A stretch of 64,000 nucleotides of DNA from Candidatus Woesebacteria bacterium (GCA_040006915.1 JBDTWD010000005.1:23394-87393); one strand, 5' to 3'; numbered from the stretch's first letter, positions 38,817 through 49,804 are shown. Numbers and translations are program-made. The notes: generated from the letters alone by a model not told the origin.

Positions 38817-39452
38817 ATGCAAAACCCAGTCTTTTCCTTTGTTGTATCAGTTCTTACCATCGCAGTTATCATTAATCTGGTTTTTTTAAATTACGCGGTT
38901 TTTCATCGGCTTCCACAAAAAAGTTTCGCTACACCTCTTCCGATAAGCCAAATTGATTCATGTGGAGAAACGTGCAGACAACAGATCCAGGTTGCACTTG
39001 CAAACACAGATGCCAAGATCGCTACTCTCACTACAAAAGTACAGAATTCCATAAAGCCACAATCACCGGTAGCCTCGACTCCTGTTCCCGGAGTCAAAGA
39101 GTTTTTTATACCAATGGGAAGTGGAAGTACGCAAAAAAGTGATTGGGAAGATGTTGCGGGAACTGACGTGTATATCGATACAAAAAACTTTCCTGGCATA
39201 AAACAGTCGTACTTCGAAGTTAGTATGCACATCCCCACGAAAAACGGGACGATGTATGCAAGACTCTATAACGTCACAGACAAACATCCTATTTGGAATT
39301 CTGATGTTCTCACTGACCTCGATACTAGTACGTTTACTACTTCTAAAATCACTTTAGATCCAGGGAACAAACAATATCGAGTTCAAATGAAAACTACCTT
39401 ACAATATCCATCTATCTTAGATAGTGCACGTGTAAAAATCCTCATACAATAA
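38817..39452 (+). CDS. Membrane-anchored hypothetical protein
   Basis: N-terminal TM, beta-rich C-terminal domain. Confidence 0.7.
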   Translation: MQNPVFSFVVSVLTIAVIINLVFLNYAVFHRLPQKSFATPLPISQIDSCGETCRQQIQVALANTDAKIATLTTKVQNSIKPQSPVASTPVPGVKEFFIPMGSGSTQKSDWEDVAGTDVYIDTKNFPGIKQSYFEVSMHIPTKNGTMYARLYNVTDKHPIWNSDVLTDLDTSTFTTSKITLDPGNKQYRVQMKTTLQYPSILDSARVKILIQ

Positions 39453-39455
39453 GTT

Positions 39456-40667
39456 ATGAAAAAAATATTTCCGATCATCATCATCGCTACACTCCTCGTT
39501 GGTGGCGTTGTGATTGGCAAATACACGGGTGTAATTTCTCCAGCTCAAACACATCTTGAAACTTCACCTACTACCCCGGAAGGAATACCAACTGAAGGCC
39601 TTCTCGATCCATCTGGACAGACCCCAGCTCTGACAAATGCTCCGTGGAAAATAGAAGTCGTTGCGACCAACTTATTTGTCCCTTGGAGTATTGTTTTTAC
39701 TTCCCCTACCCGCATGTTGGTGAGTGAGAGAAATGGGAACGTCCAAGTTATTGAAAATGGAAAAAAACAGGAGCAGCCAATTCACACTTTTTCGCAAGTA
39801 AAAACAGAGCAAGAAGAAGGGCTAATGGGAATGACCGCTGACCCTGATTACACCAACAATAGATATCTATATGTTGTGTATGCATACCCGAATGGAAAAG
39901 CGTATACCGACACAGTGGTTCGATTTACTGATAAAGGCGATCATTTTGATGAAGAAAAAACTCTCCTCGATGGTATTCCCGCAGCCAAAGTCCATGCTGG
40001 AAGTCGGATTAAATTTGGACCAGACAAAAAACTGTACATTACAACTGGTGATGCAACCAACAAAGCACTTCCACAAGATATACATGCTTTGGGTGGAAAA
40101 ATTCTACGCATAAACAATGATGGAACTATTCCCTCTGACAATCCTTTCCCTGGCTCACCAGTTTGGACATACGGACATCGCAACCCCCAAGGATTAGCAT
40201 GGAATCCAATTTCTGGAACTCTGATTGAAACGGAACATGGGCCGAGTGGTTTTGATGGTCCTCTGGGGGGAGATGAAGTGAACGTAATCGAAAAGGGCAG
40301 TAACTATGGTTGGCCAGTGGTATCACACAAAGAACATAAAGACGGAATGGTTGATCCACTGTTAGTCTTCACTCCAGCTGTAGCTCCTGCTGCAGGACTC
40401 TTTTATACCGGAAACGTTTTCCCACAATGGAAAAATCATTTCTTTTTTGCGATGTTAAAAGGTGAAGGAATTATGCACGTTGTTTTTGATAGTAATGATC
40501 CTAAAAAAATTCTGCAGTTTGAAAAAGTTTCCAATATTAACGTTGGAAGAATCCGTGAGCTCGCCCAAGGACCGGATGGAAACATCTATTTTTCTACGAG
40601 TAATGAAGATGGTCGTGGTAACGCCAAAAACGGTGACGATAAAATCTATCGGATCGTAAAGCAATAG
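39456..40667 (+). CDS. PQQ-dependent sugar dehydrogenase family (GSDH/YliI-like beta-propeller)
   Basis: PWSIVF, EGLMGM..DP, HAGSRIKFGPD..LY, GKILRIN, GHRNPQGL, NYGWP, GRIREL.QGPDG. Confidence 0.9.
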   Translation: MKKIFPIIIIATLLVGGVVIGKYTGVISPAQTHLETSPTTPEGIPTEGLLDPSGQTPALTNAPWKIEVVATNLFVPWSIVFTSPTRMLVSERNGNVQVIENGKKQEQPIHTFSQVKTEQEEGLMGMTADPDYTNNRYLYVVYAYPNGKAYTDTVVRFTDKGDHFDEEKTLLDGIPAAKVHAGSRIKFGPDKKLYITTGDATNKALPQDIHALGGKILRINNDGTIPSDNPFPGSPVWTYGHRNPQGLAWNPISGTLIETEHGPSGFDGPLGGDEVNVIEKGSNYGWPVVSHKEHKDGMVDPLLVFTPAVAPAAGLFYTGNVFPQWKNHFFFAMLKGEGIMHVVFDSNDPKKILQFEKVSNINVGRIRELAQGPDGNIYFSTSNEDGRGNAKNGDDKIYRIVKQ

Positions 40668-42023
40668 TTATTGTCCGAGTAGTTTTTCCATTCTTGTCTC
40701 TATTGCGTAGGCTCGCTTCTTATTCTTTCCAAAGATGATGTATCCAAACACATTGCGATGTAATGGATTTGCCGCAACAATAACTACGCCTTCTGTACTA
40801 TCTTTATTGTAGAGGACAGGTGTGAGCGTTTCATACAAAGTTGTGAACGTAAATTCTTTCGAAGATGCGATCGTATAGGAATTATTCGATAATGCGTATG
40901 TTTCCTTCATCCATTCTGATCCAAACATGGCAAGAGCGGTATGATAGACATGGGTACCACCAGTACGTCTAACATTTGATTCTGAAATATATACTTTCCC
41001 TGACTTTGAGGCTAAACAATCAACATCGTAATATCCTGCATATCCGTACAAAGCTAGTCCTTCTCCGATTGCATATCCTGCTGTGATAATCTGTTTTGCA
41101 ACAGATTTTGACAGACTCGATTCTCCTATTTCCACGCCCTTAAATGTTCCCTCTTTTGTCACTCGCATTCCACAGAAATATAAGAATTCCACTGTACCGT
41201 TTTTGTGCACCAAAAATTCACTATTCGGAAAACCTCCTCCAATTCTTGGGTCACATTCCACAAATTGTTCAATCAAGATAGGAAATTTTTCCCAATAAGA
41301 ATCTGCCAATCTCTGTTTTATTTCTCTCACATGATCATTTGATTTCAGTTCTCCTGATCTCATCAGTACTACACCAGCTCCAGCATGTCCCTTATTCGTT
41401 TTTATGACCGCAGCTCCCTCTTTGTCATACAAATCAGAAGCTATATGTGCTGCCAGATCTACACCGAAGGTAGAGTAGCCTTCTACAGTTCTAAAGTTGG
41501 GAGTTCCGGCATGGTCAGCTAATTGACGGATTCCAGTTTTGCTTCCAAAAAAATCAACCGACCAAGCATCCTTTTTTTTAGGAGATTCTGGAGTTTGAAT
41601 GGAAGTATGGAATTTTTGCAAACTCTCGAGAAGAACGTAAAACTCAGCACTTGCTGAGTAGCTTGTTAATTGCACATGCTCGTACTGCTTCATCTTCTGA
41701 ACCAAGACTTCAAAAGATTCATTGTCAGCAGCAATATCCAGCGAAATTTCTCCACTATGTTGTGATGGAACGATGACATTGAAATTCTTTTTGGAAAATA
41801 GTTTTTGAAAATATGAAAAGAAATCAGTATTCAGTTGTTTCGGGAGGATGAGAACAACGTCATCATGTTTGGCGAAAGAAAAAATATCTCTGTCTGAAAG
41901 CTCCGCATTTTCATCAATTTCAAATTGTCGGGCTTTTTTATCTGAAATAGTTTGAATGAAATCCCAGACATCTTCGGAAACATTTGACACATGGATATGA
42001 AGCGTGGTTGACTGTTTGAACAT
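40668..42023 (-). CDS. ATP-grasp protein (preATP-grasp/PGM1-like peptide ligase, tentative)
   Basis: VIKTNKGHAGAGV, ILIEQFV, GYAGYYDVD, ESNVRRTGGTH. Confidence 0.65.
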   Translation of the reverse strand: MFKQSTTLHIHVSNVSEDVWDFIQTISDKKARQFEIDENAELSDRDIFSFAKHDDVVLILPKQLNTDFFSYFQKLFSKKNFNVIVPSQHSGEISLDIAADNESFEVLVQKMKQYEHVQLTSYSASAEFYVLLESLQKFHTSIQTPESPKKKDAWSVDFFGSKTGIRQLADHAGTPNFRTVEGYSTFGVDLAAHIASDLYDKEGAAVIKTNKGHAGAGVVLMRSGELKSNDHVREIKQRLADSYWEKFPILIEQFVECDPRIGGGFPNSEFLVHKNGTVEFLYFCGMRVTKEGTFKGVEIGESSLSKSVAKQIITAGYAIGEGLALYGYAGYYDVDCLASKSGKVYISESNVRRTGGTHVYHTALAMFGSEWMKETYALSNNSYTIASSKEFTFTTLYETLTPVLYNKDSTEGVVIVAANPLHRNVFGYIIFGKNKKRAYAIETRMEKLLGQ

Positions 42024-42067
42024 AGATCTCAACTATAACCTATTCTATTTTCTCGTCAAACACTCCT

Positions 42068-42643
42068 ATGATTGGACGCACACATGACCTTGCCGCGCTA
42101 ACGGCTTTAAATATTGCTTTTCTTATCTTGCCTCTGATGCAAATGTCACTGGCAACTGCAGCCACAGCTTTTTTTGCAAATTTTATCGGTGGGTTATTCC
42201 CTGACATCGATCAACCAACCTCTGATCTTTGGGATAACTTTCGTGGAGGAGAACTGATCTCAAAGTATGTATGTAAACTGCTTGGAGGACATCGAAACTT
42301 TTCCCATTCAATTGTCGGAGTCATAGCCATCGGAGCAGTTTCTGCATTTACGCTGCAGAAACTGTCTACAATCGTTTTAATCGATATGCAAATTGTCTGG
42401 CTTTGTTTTATGATTGGCGTCCTAAGTCACATTCTGGCGGACATGCCAACCAAGGAAGGAGTTCCTCTCTTCTGGCCGATCATGTTTAAGGTGGGAATCC
42501 CTCCCTTTCGATTTATGCGGATTCGAAGTGGATTTTTCGTTGAAAAATTAATTGTTTTTCCCGGATTACTTGCTCTCAATGCGTATTTAATCTATGCCAA
42601 TTATGGTAAATACATAGATCTTGTCCACTCGCTTCGAAAATAA
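42068..42643 (+). CDS. Membrane metal-dependent hydrolase (YdjM-like)
   Basis: GRTH, LFPDIDQP, GHRNFSHS, SHILADMPT.EGVPLFWP. Confidence 0.88.
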   Translation: MIGRTHDLAALTALNIAFLILPLMQMSLATAATAFFANFIGGLFPDIDQPTSDLWDNFRGGELISKYVCKLLGGHRNFSHSIVGVIAIGAVSAFTLQKLSTIVLIDMQIVWLCFMIGVLSHILADMPTKEGVPLFWPIMFKVGIPPFRFMRIRSGFFVEKLIVFPGLLALNAYLIYANYGKYIDLVHSLRK

Positions 42644-42701
42644 ATAAAGGTAAACTTGACTCTCCTAGATCAACCCTCTACAACAGTAGTTTAAGCCTTT
42701 T

Positions 42702-45302
42702 ATGTCACAAGAGTTTTCGACCCCCATGATGAAACAGTATCTTGGTATTAAGCAAAAATATCCAGACTGCTTGCTCTTCTATCGCATGGGAGATTTTTAC
42801 GAACTATTTTTAGATGATGCCCTTGTGGGAGCGAAAATCTTAGGAATTACCCTAACCAGTAGAAGTAAGGGAAAAGATGGTCGTATTCCAATGGCAGGTG
42901 TTCCATATCATGCGGTTGACTCGTATCTTACCAAGCTTGTAAAAGCTGGATATAAAGTAGCTATCTGTGAACAACTATCTCCACCAAATAAAAAAGGCTT
43001 GGTCGATCGCGATGTGGTACGAATCATCACTCCTGGAACCATCATGGACGAGAAAGCTCTGGAGACGAAGGAAAACAACTATATCGTCTCTATCACAAAA
43101 AAGGATTCAAAAATTGGCATCGCTTTTGCAGATATCTCAACAGGAGAGTTTGTCGTCGATCAACAGGATGTTCCCGATCCTCTCCTTGTGCTTCATCAAC
43201 TCATAGAGCACTACCGGCCAGTCGAGTGTTTACTTTCCTCTTCCCTCTATGAAGACAGTGAATTTATAAAAGAACTTCGTAAACATCCAACAATGCATAT
43301 TACGCACATTAGTAGTTGGATGTCACAAGTGCGACAAGCGCATAAAACACTGACATCTCACTTTGGATTACATACGTTAGAGAGTTTTGAAATTCATTCT
43401 CTTCTGTTTGCACAGGAAGCAGCAGCCGTTCTTTTAACCTATCTCTCAGACACACAAAAAGGAAATATTTCTCATATCAGACGTATTACTCGTATCTCTC
43501 ATGGAGATCATGTCATTTTAGACCGAGCAACTCAAATAAACCTTGAACTCTTTTCAACGATCAGAGAACACGATCAACGTGGAAGTGTTCTCTCCATTCT
43601 TGACCGCACCGATACTGCCATGGGAGGTCGCATGCTGAAGCGCTGGATGATGGAACCGCTCTGCGATCACGATGCAATTTGTGAACGGCTCGATAGTGTA
43701 GAGGAACTTTTGCTGCATCAAAAGAATAAGAAACTTATTAATTCTCACCTAGAACGGATCCATGACGTCGAACGAATGCTGTCACGACTTTCGGTAGGAA
43801 TCGGAAATGCCAGAGATTTAGTAAATCTCATGAACGCGTTACAAGAGATATCAGAAATTGCTCTCATTAGCGATACGTGTACATCAAGTCTTTTAAAAAA
43901 CTTATTTCCCATCGAAACAAGAGAGCATGTTCAATCAGTCATCAGTGAAATTCGAACATCTATCCTCCCAGAACCAAAGATCACTTTAAAAGAAGGTGGC
44001 ATTATTTGTGATGGTGTACACCCACGACTTGATACGCTTCGAGAACTTTTATCCACGGGTGAAGAATGGCTTAAGAAATTTGAAACCGCGCAACGAGAAC
44101 AAACCAACATTAATTCCTTAAAAGTTCGATTTAATAGTGTCTTTGGATATTACATCGAAATTACAAATGCCAATATCCATCGAGCACCATCGGGGTACAT
44201 CCGAAAACAAACATTGATAAATGGAGAACGATTTATTACTGCAGAGTTAAAAGCCCACGAAGAGAAAATTTTAACCGCACAAGAAGAAATCTATCGTATT
44301 GAATATGATCTCTATCAGCAAACATTAGAAAAAGTGCTTTCAGAAACAAGTCATATGCAGTCTGTAGCGCAAACAATTGGGGTTCTTGATTGTTTGTGTT
44401 CATTTGCCACTAATGCCACAGAATATTCGTATTGCAAACCAAAGATTTTATTTTCTAATGAACTTCGAATTCAAGATGGTCGTCACCCTGTCGTTGAAAA
44501 GCTCTTGACTGACACTCCATTCGTTCCTAATTCCGTAACTCTTGATCCGATCAAGCAACAACTGCTGATTATTACTGGACCGAATATGGCTGGAAAATCT
44601 GTATTTGTTCGGCAAGTTGCATTACTTGTATTGCTTGCACATATCGGCTCATTTGTTCCTGCCAGAAGTGCTCATATCGGAGTTGTTGATAGAATATTTG
44701 TGCGCAGCGGCGCTTCAGACATGATCACTTCCGGACTTTCGACCTTTATGGTGGAAATGGTAGAAACAGCTGCAATTTTACATAATGCTACCGAAAAAAG
44801 CTTGGTGATTATGGATGAGATTGGTCGAGGAACCAGTACCTATGATGGAATCAGTATCGCCTGGGCGGTAGCGTCGTATTTAGCGATAAATGAAGCATCA
44901 CATGCAAAAACACTTTTTGCAACGCATTATCATGAACTGCAAGAATTAGCAGAGCTTTTCCCTACCCGTATTCAAAACTATCACATGGAAGTCATTGAAG
45001 AAAAAGACGGACCTCGTTTCGTACATACGTTACTCCAAGGAAAATCGACCAGTAGCTTTGGTATTGCTGTCGCCAAACGTGCAGGCGTTCCTGAAAAAGT
45101 CATTGAAATAGCAACCCAGAAGCTTCAAGAATTGGAGAAAGATCGAGATTATTCGGCGGATGAGAAAACACATCAGCTTAAGCAAGATGATCCAAAACTG
45201 AACGCTTTAAAAACTGAGCTTCTGTCTTTGCATCTCTCTACGATGACGCCTTTACAGGCACTCAACACACTCGCGGCTTTACAAGAACGGATGAAACAGT
45301 AA
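42702..45302 (+). CDS. mutS: DNA mismatch repair protein MutS
   Basis: TPMMKQY, YRMGDFYELF, TGPNMAGKS, STFMVEM, DEIGRGTST, FATHYHEL. Confidence 0.97.
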   Translation: MSQEFSTPMMKQYLGIKQKYPDCLLFYRMGDFYELFLDDALVGAKILGITLTSRSKGKDGRIPMAGVPYHAVDSYLTKLVKAGYKVAICEQLSPPNKKGLVDRDVVRIITPGTIMDEKALETKENNYIVSITKKDSKIGIAFADISTGEFVVDQQDVPDPLLVLHQLIEHYRPVECLLSSSLYEDSEFIKELRKHPTMHITHISSWMSQVRQAHKTLTSHFGLHTLESFEIHSLLFAQEAAAVLLTYLSDTQKGNISHIRRITRISHGDHVILDRATQINLELFSTIREHDQRGSVLSILDRTDTAMGGRMLKRWMMEPLCDHDAICERLDSVEELLLHQKNKKLINSHLERIHDVERMLSRLSVGIGNARDLVNLMNALQEISEIALISDTCTSSLLKNLFPIETREHVQSVISEIRTSILPEPKITLKEGGIICDGVHPRLDTLRELLSTGEEWLKKFETAQREQTNINSLKVRFNSVFGYYIEITNANIHRAPSGYIRKQTLINGERFITAELKAHEEKILTAQEEIYRIEYDLYQQTLEKVLSETSHMQSVAQTIGVLDCLCSFATNATEYSYCKPKILFSNELRIQDGRHPVVEKLLTDTPFVPNSVTLDPIKQQLLIITGPNMAGKSVFVRQVALLVLLAHIGSFVPARSAHIGVVDRIFVRSGASDMITSGLSTFMVEMVETAAILHNATEKSLVIMDEIGRGTSTYDGISIAWAVASYLAINEASHAKTLFATHYHELQELAELFPTRIQNYHMEVIEEKDGPRFVHTLLQGKSTSSFGIAVAKRAGVPEKVIEIATQKLQELEKDRDYSADEKTHQLKQDDPKLNALKTELLSLHLSTMTPLQALNTLAALQERMKQ

Positions 45303-45305
45303 TGT

Positions 45306-46988
45306 ATGTCAATTATTCATGAATTATCACCTGAGGTGGTGTCTCTTATTGCTGCAGGTGAGATTATCGAGCGGCCAGCCTTCGCTCTTAAAGAGCTGAT
45401 TGAGAATGCTATCGATGCGAATGCGGGTCAAATTAGTATTTCGTTAACCCACAATGGCTTAACGCAAATGATTGTCGAAGATGATGGAAAGGGAATGGAT
45501 TCACAAGATGTACTATTGAGTTGGAAATTGCATACTACCAGCAAACTTCATACTCCAGATGAATTACATTCAATTCACACACAAGGATTTCGTGGCGAAG
45601 CCCTAGCTAGTATCGCAGCAACGGGAACACTCACAATCCAAAGTAGACAAAAAAACTCCCAACTGGGGTACGAAATAGTTATTCGGAAACAAAAGCGTGT
45701 CAAAGAAGGAAAAATTGGAATGCCGGTCGGTACTCGAATGATTGTCGAAAATTTATTTGAATCACTACCAGCAAGACAGAAATTTTTACAAAGCCCCCAA
45801 ACTGAACTCCGTCACTGTATTGAAGTCGTTACAACCTATGCTATCTCTCATCCTGGGATTCGGTTTATTTTAAAACATAATGGACATATCCTGATACAAG
45901 TCTCCACTACTACCGATCCTCTTGAACGACTGACTGCCCTGTTTGACCAGGATCTGGTTGACTCTTTATTACCAGTGAACTATCAAGAATCGTATGTAAC
46001 TCTTCAGGGATTTATCTCCCATCCATCAAAAGCCACTTCATCCTCATCAAAGCAATTTATTTTTTTAAATCATAGACCAATTAAGGATTCCCTTATTTCC
46101 GGAAGCATAAAAGAGGCGATGAGAGAGCTGCTTCCCCAGAATAAAAATTCAGTTTTCTTTTTAAATTTTACGATTCCCAATGAATTGATTGATGTAAATG
46201 TTCATCCTCGCAAAGAAATAGTTCGATTCGCTTCTCCTACCACAGTCTATTCAGCCGTACAGAGTGCCATTCAGGAGATGCTCCTGTCAAATTCACTTAC
46301 CTTTCAATCAACGTTGCAAAACAACCAAACAACCGCAAAAATTACCGATTCTCTTGCTGGGGCTTTTCTAAAGGAAATCAAAAAAAACGGTGAGATAGAA
46401 CTCTTCAAGAAAATCGTATGCACCCAAATTCATAACACCTATATTGTCTTTGAAACGAAAACTGGGTTCATGTTTGTTGATCAACATGCAGCACAAGAGA
46501 GAACTCTCTATGAACAATTAAAAATAAAATTCCAAGCTGAACAGAAGAAAAACAAAACGGTGCAGATTCGGGCAGCGCTCTCTCTTTCCAAAGCAGAGAT
46601 TCTTCTGGTTGATGAATATGAAGCGGTATTTAAAACTTTTGGCTTTACGTTTGAAAAGAAGAAGAATAAAAATAAAGAGAAAATGTATCTTATCTCTGTA
46701 CCAGCTCTTTTCTCTGATCGTGATCCAATTCCCATCTTTGAAGAAATACTCTCTGACGTTGAAAATGGAATTGCCATTCGAACGACAGATACACTCACCC
46801 ATCAAATGCTTACCTACATTGCTTGTCATCAAAGCGTTAAAGCAGGAGATGTGCTTACCCAAAAGCAGATGCAAGGAATTGTACACGAATTACAAAAAGT
46901 GCCAAACAAGTTCACATGCCCACATGGACGACCAACGATGATTGAGATTCCCCTGCACGATCTCCACAAACGTTTCCAGCGAATTTAA
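45306..46988 (+). CDS. mutL: DNA mismatch repair protein MutL
   Basis: IAAGEIIERP, GFRGEALASI, DVNVHPRK, DQHAAQER endonuclease motif, CPHGRP. Confidence 0.96.
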   Translation: MSIIHELSPEVVSLIAAGEIIERPAFALKELIENAIDANAGQISISLTHNGLTQMIVEDDGKGMDSQDVLLSWKLHTTSKLHTPDELHSIHTQGFRGEALASIAATGTLTIQSRQKNSQLGYEIVIRKQKRVKEGKIGMPVGTRMIVENLFESLPARQKFLQSPQTELRHCIEVVTTYAISHPGIRFILKHNGHILIQVSTTTDPLERLTALFDQDLVDSLLPVNYQESYVTLQGFISHPSKATSSSSKQFIFLNHRPIKDSLISGSIKEAMRELLPQNKNSVFFLNFTIPNELIDVNVHPRKEIVRFASPTTVYSAVQSAIQEMLLSNSLTFQSTLQNNQTTAKITDSLAGAFLKEIKKNGEIELFKKIVCTQIHNTYIVFETKTGFMFVDQHAAQERTLYEQLKIKFQAEQKKNKTVQIRAALSLSKAEILLVDEYEAVFKTFGFTFEKKKNKNKEKMYLISVPALFSDRDPIPIFEEILSDVENGIAIRTTDTLTHQMLTYIACHQSVKAGDVLTQKQMQGIVHELQKVPNKFTCPHGRPTMIEIPLHDLHKRFQRI

Positions 46989-47001
46989 TTACGCACCAAT
47001 G

Positions 47002-47030
47002 TTGCAAAATTAAAGCAAATAAGAGACAAT
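47002..47030 (+). promoter_or_regulatory. Sigma70-like promoter of znuACB
   Basis: TTGCAA-17 nt-GACAAT, 6 nt before the ATG. Confidence 0.5.
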
Positions 47031-47036
47031 GGAACT

Positions 47037-47948
47037 ATGAAACAGAAAATGGTCGTCGTCTTGGGTATTCTCGTGGGTGCAGTCGGCTTCTTTTTATTTG
47101 CACAGAATCAACCGAAAACCGAACAATCTCAAGAGATTTCTGTAGTCGTCTCTTTTTATCCGTTGGCAGAATTCTCCAAGGAAATCGGTGGGAATCTGAT
47201 TTCTGTCACAACTCTTACTCCGCCTGGAAGTGAACCCCATGACTTCGAACCAAACGCCAAAGATCTCATTGCTCTGCAAAAGGCAAAACTGTTTGTGTAT
47301 AACGGCGCAGGCTTGGAAATTTGGCTCGACAAGATCGGAGCAGATGTTAAAGCTCACACCAGCCTCATAAATAGCAGTCAAGGAATTTCACTCCATACAG
47401 GAAATACAGAAGGGCAAGAAATGACCGATCCCCATATTTGGATGGATCCGGTTCTAGCCAGCACGCAAGTTGAGAATATTAAAAATGGTTTGATTCAAGT
47501 TGATCCCACACATACCACTGTGTATGAGACGAATGCAAAAGCATATCAACAAGAACTTATGACTTTAGATCATGAGTTCTTCACAGGTTTATCAAACTGT
47601 GCACGGCACGAAATTGTCACTTCCCATAACGCCTTTGGATACTTGGCTCAAAGATACGGATTGACCGTCCAATCTGTATCTGGATTGTCTCCTGATGAAG
47701 AACCTTCCCCAAAAAAGCTCGCTGAAGTTGTACAATTTATACGGAAACAGAACGTCAAATATATTTTCTTTGAGACCTTATTGAGTCCAAAACTAGCTCA
47801 AACACTGGCAAGTGAAACTGGAACAAAGACAATCGTGTTTAACCCTTTAGAGGGATTGACCACTGACGAAATAGCACAAGGAAAAACGTATCTCTCTGTT
47901 CAAAGAGAAAATTTAGCCGCCCTAAAGACAGCGTTAGGATGCCAATGA
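47037..47948 (+). CDS. znuA: Zn/Mn ABC transporter substrate-binding protein
   Basis: EPHDFEP, DPHIWMDP, HNAFGYLA, EPSPKKL. Confidence 0.9.
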   Translation: MKQKMVVVLGILVGAVGFFLFAQNQPKTEQSQEISVVVSFYPLAEFSKEIGGNLISVTTLTPPGSEPHDFEPNAKDLIALQKAKLFVYNGAGLEIWLDKIGADVKAHTSLINSSQGISLHTGNTEGQEMTDPHIWMDPVLASTQVENIKNGLIQVDPTHTTVYETNAKAYQQELMTLDHEFFTGLSNCARHEIVTSHNAFGYLAQRYGLTVQSVSGLSPDEEPSPKKLAEVVQFIRKQNVKYIFFETLLSPKLAQTLASETGTKTIVFNPLEGLTTDEIAQGKTYLSVQRENLAALKTALGCQ

Positions 47949-48697
47949 CAGACACACCACTTATAAAAGTCGACAATCTTAGCTTCCGATATGGATCTGA
48001 AAACGTTCTAGAGAACGTGAGCTTTGATATCCACGCTGGAGAATTCGTGGGAATCATCGGGCCCAATGGAAGTGGCAAGACAACTCTTTTAAAACTTCTG
48101 CTTGGACTCTTGCCAACTCAGCAAGGAAGTATTCAAATTTTTGGAAAATCGGTTCAGATCGGAACCTACGGGAAATATGTCGGGTATATTCCACAGAAAG
48201 TAACCCAAAGTGAAACACGATTTCCAATCACCGTACGAGAAGTTGTCGCCCTTGGAAGAGTTCACCCAGATCGAATCTTGCAACCGTTAGGCACCAAAGA
48301 CAAAAAACTCATTTCTGAAGCAATTAGCGCAGTTGAGTTGTCAGATTTCTCCAATCGATTACTCAGTGAGCTTTCTGGAGGACAACAACAGCGAGTCTTT
48401 ATAGCCAAAGCGCTTGCCTCGGAACCAAAACTGCTCATTTTGGATGAACCAACGGTTGGGATCGACGTTCAATCACAAGAAACGTTTTATCGTCTGCTCT
48501 CCAGTCTTAATAAAGACAAAGGTTTGACGATCGTCATCGTTTCTCATGACGTCGATGTCGTCATGAACGAAGTTACAACTGTTCTCTGCTTGAATAAAAC
48601 GCTTATTTATCATGGCAATCCCAAAACTTTTTTGAAAGAAGAATATTTGGAACAGTTATACGGAAAAAATCGACGCTTTATTATTCACGGTCACTAA
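47939..48697 (+). CDS. znuC: Zn/Mn ABC transporter ATPase
   Basis: GPNGSGKTT, LSGGQQQRV, LDEPT. Confidence 0.9.
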   Translation: MPMTDTPLIKVDNLSFRYGSENVLENVSFDIHAGEFVGIIGPNGSGKTTLLKLLLGLLPTQQGSIQIFGKSVQIGTYGKYVGYIPQKVTQSETRFPITVREVVALGRVHPDRILQPLGTKDKKLISEAISAVELSDFSNRLLSELSGGQQQRVFIAKALASEPKLLILDEPTVGIDVQSQETFYRLLSSLNKDKGLTIVIVSHDVDVVMNEVTTVLCLNKTLIYHGNPKTFLKEEYLEQLYGKNRRFIIHGH

Positions 48698-48698
48698 T

Positions 48699-49502
48699 AT
48701 GCTAGAGATTTTTAACTACAGTTTCATGATCCGCGCTTTCATTGCCGGCGGCATTGTTGCCCTCATCGCTCCTGTAATTGGAACATTTTTAGTGGCTAAA
48801 CGCTATTCTCTCATGGCAGATAGTTTGGCACATGTATCACTAGCTGGAGTCGCGCTCGGACTCCTGCTTGGAATCTATCCAGTCATCACAGCAATCCTGG
48901 TTGCAGTTGCAACCGCATTGATCATTGAATACTTACGTACCAAACGAGGAGTTTCTGGGGAGATTGCTTTGGCCATGTTTTTATCAGGAGGCTTAAGTAT
49001 TGCCATCGTTTTAATCGGTCTTGGCAAAGGGTTTTCAGTAGATTTATTCTCTTATCTATTTGGGAGCATTACGACCGTATCACAGACTGATCTTTGGGTA
49101 ATAGGAAGTGTCGGGATCGTCGTTTTAGCAACAGTTGTGCTGCTATACAAGGAGTTTGTGTATATTGCCTTTGATGAAGACGCGGCTCGCGTCAGTGGAA
49201 TTCCCACTTCGATGCTAAATATGCTGCTCATGGTACTCACCGCTGTTACGGTTAGTCTTGCCATGCGAATCGTCGGTATTCTTCTTATTGGAGCCTTGAT
49301 GGTAATCCCTGTTGTAACGGCAATGCAGCTGCGAAAAAGCTTTGCGAAGACCATTCAATTTGCGATCGGATATAGTCTTTTGTCCGTCTTCTCTGGCTTA
49401 TTCCTTTCCTACTATCTCAACTTAGCGGCAGGCGGCATCATTGTGGTTGTAGCATTGCTGTTATTTGGAGTAACACTCCTGTTAAATACCCGTAAATCTT
49501 GA
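48699..49502 (+). CDS. znuB: Zn/Mn ABC transporter permease
   Basis: DSLAHVSLAG, YLFGSI, VGILLIGALMVIP. Confidence 0.9.
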   Translation: MLEIFNYSFMIRAFIAGGIVALIAPVIGTFLVAKRYSLMADSLAHVSLAGVALGLLLGIYPVITAILVAVATALIIEYLRTKRGVSGEIALAMFLSGGLSIAIVLIGLGKGFSVDLFSYLFGSITTVSQTDLWVIGSVGIVVLATVVLLYKEFVYIAFDEDAARVSGIPTSMLNMLLMVLTAVTVSLAMRIVGILLIGALMVIPVVTAMQLRKSFAKTIQFAIGYSLLSVFSGLFLSYYLNLAAGGIIVVVALLLFGVTLLLNTRKS

Positions 49503-49537
49503 TATCTCAACAAGCAAGCGTTTATTTACTCGGTAAT

Positions 49538-49804
49538 TTATCTTTTTTTTTTGTGAAAATTGATTAGTAATTCTTCTTTTTCTGGTCGCTCAAGTCTTTT
49601 TATTTCCGCTTCCCTAGCACGTGATTGAGCAAAAGATTCACATTCTTCTGTGTATACCAATGTCACCGGCCTTCGAATTTTTGTGTAGTGTGCACCAGAT
49701 TTTAAGGAATTATGTTGATGAAGTCGTTTCGAAACGTCCTGCGTTGAGCCAGTGTAATATGTATTATCGGCACACTTCAAAATGTAAACAAAGTACATAT
49801 ACAT
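49538..49804 (-). CDS. GIY-YIG nuclease (UPF0213)
   Basis: YFVYILKCADNTYYTGST, RLHQHN, GAHYT..RRPV, REAEIK. Confidence 0.9.
   Translation of the reverse strand: MYMYFVYILKCADNTYYTGSTQDVSKRLHQHNSLKSGAHYTKIRRPVTLVYTEECESFAQSRAREAEIKRLERPEKEELLINFHKKKR

Noticed and set aside
47000-47022. Zur/Fur box upstream of znuA
   Set aside because: TTGCAA...GCAA is only a weak partial repeat and coincides with the -35 element; not supportable
49538-49804. GIY-YIG gene as a homing endonuclease or mobile element
   Set aside because: Short stand-alone UPF0213 type with no intron or terminal repeats
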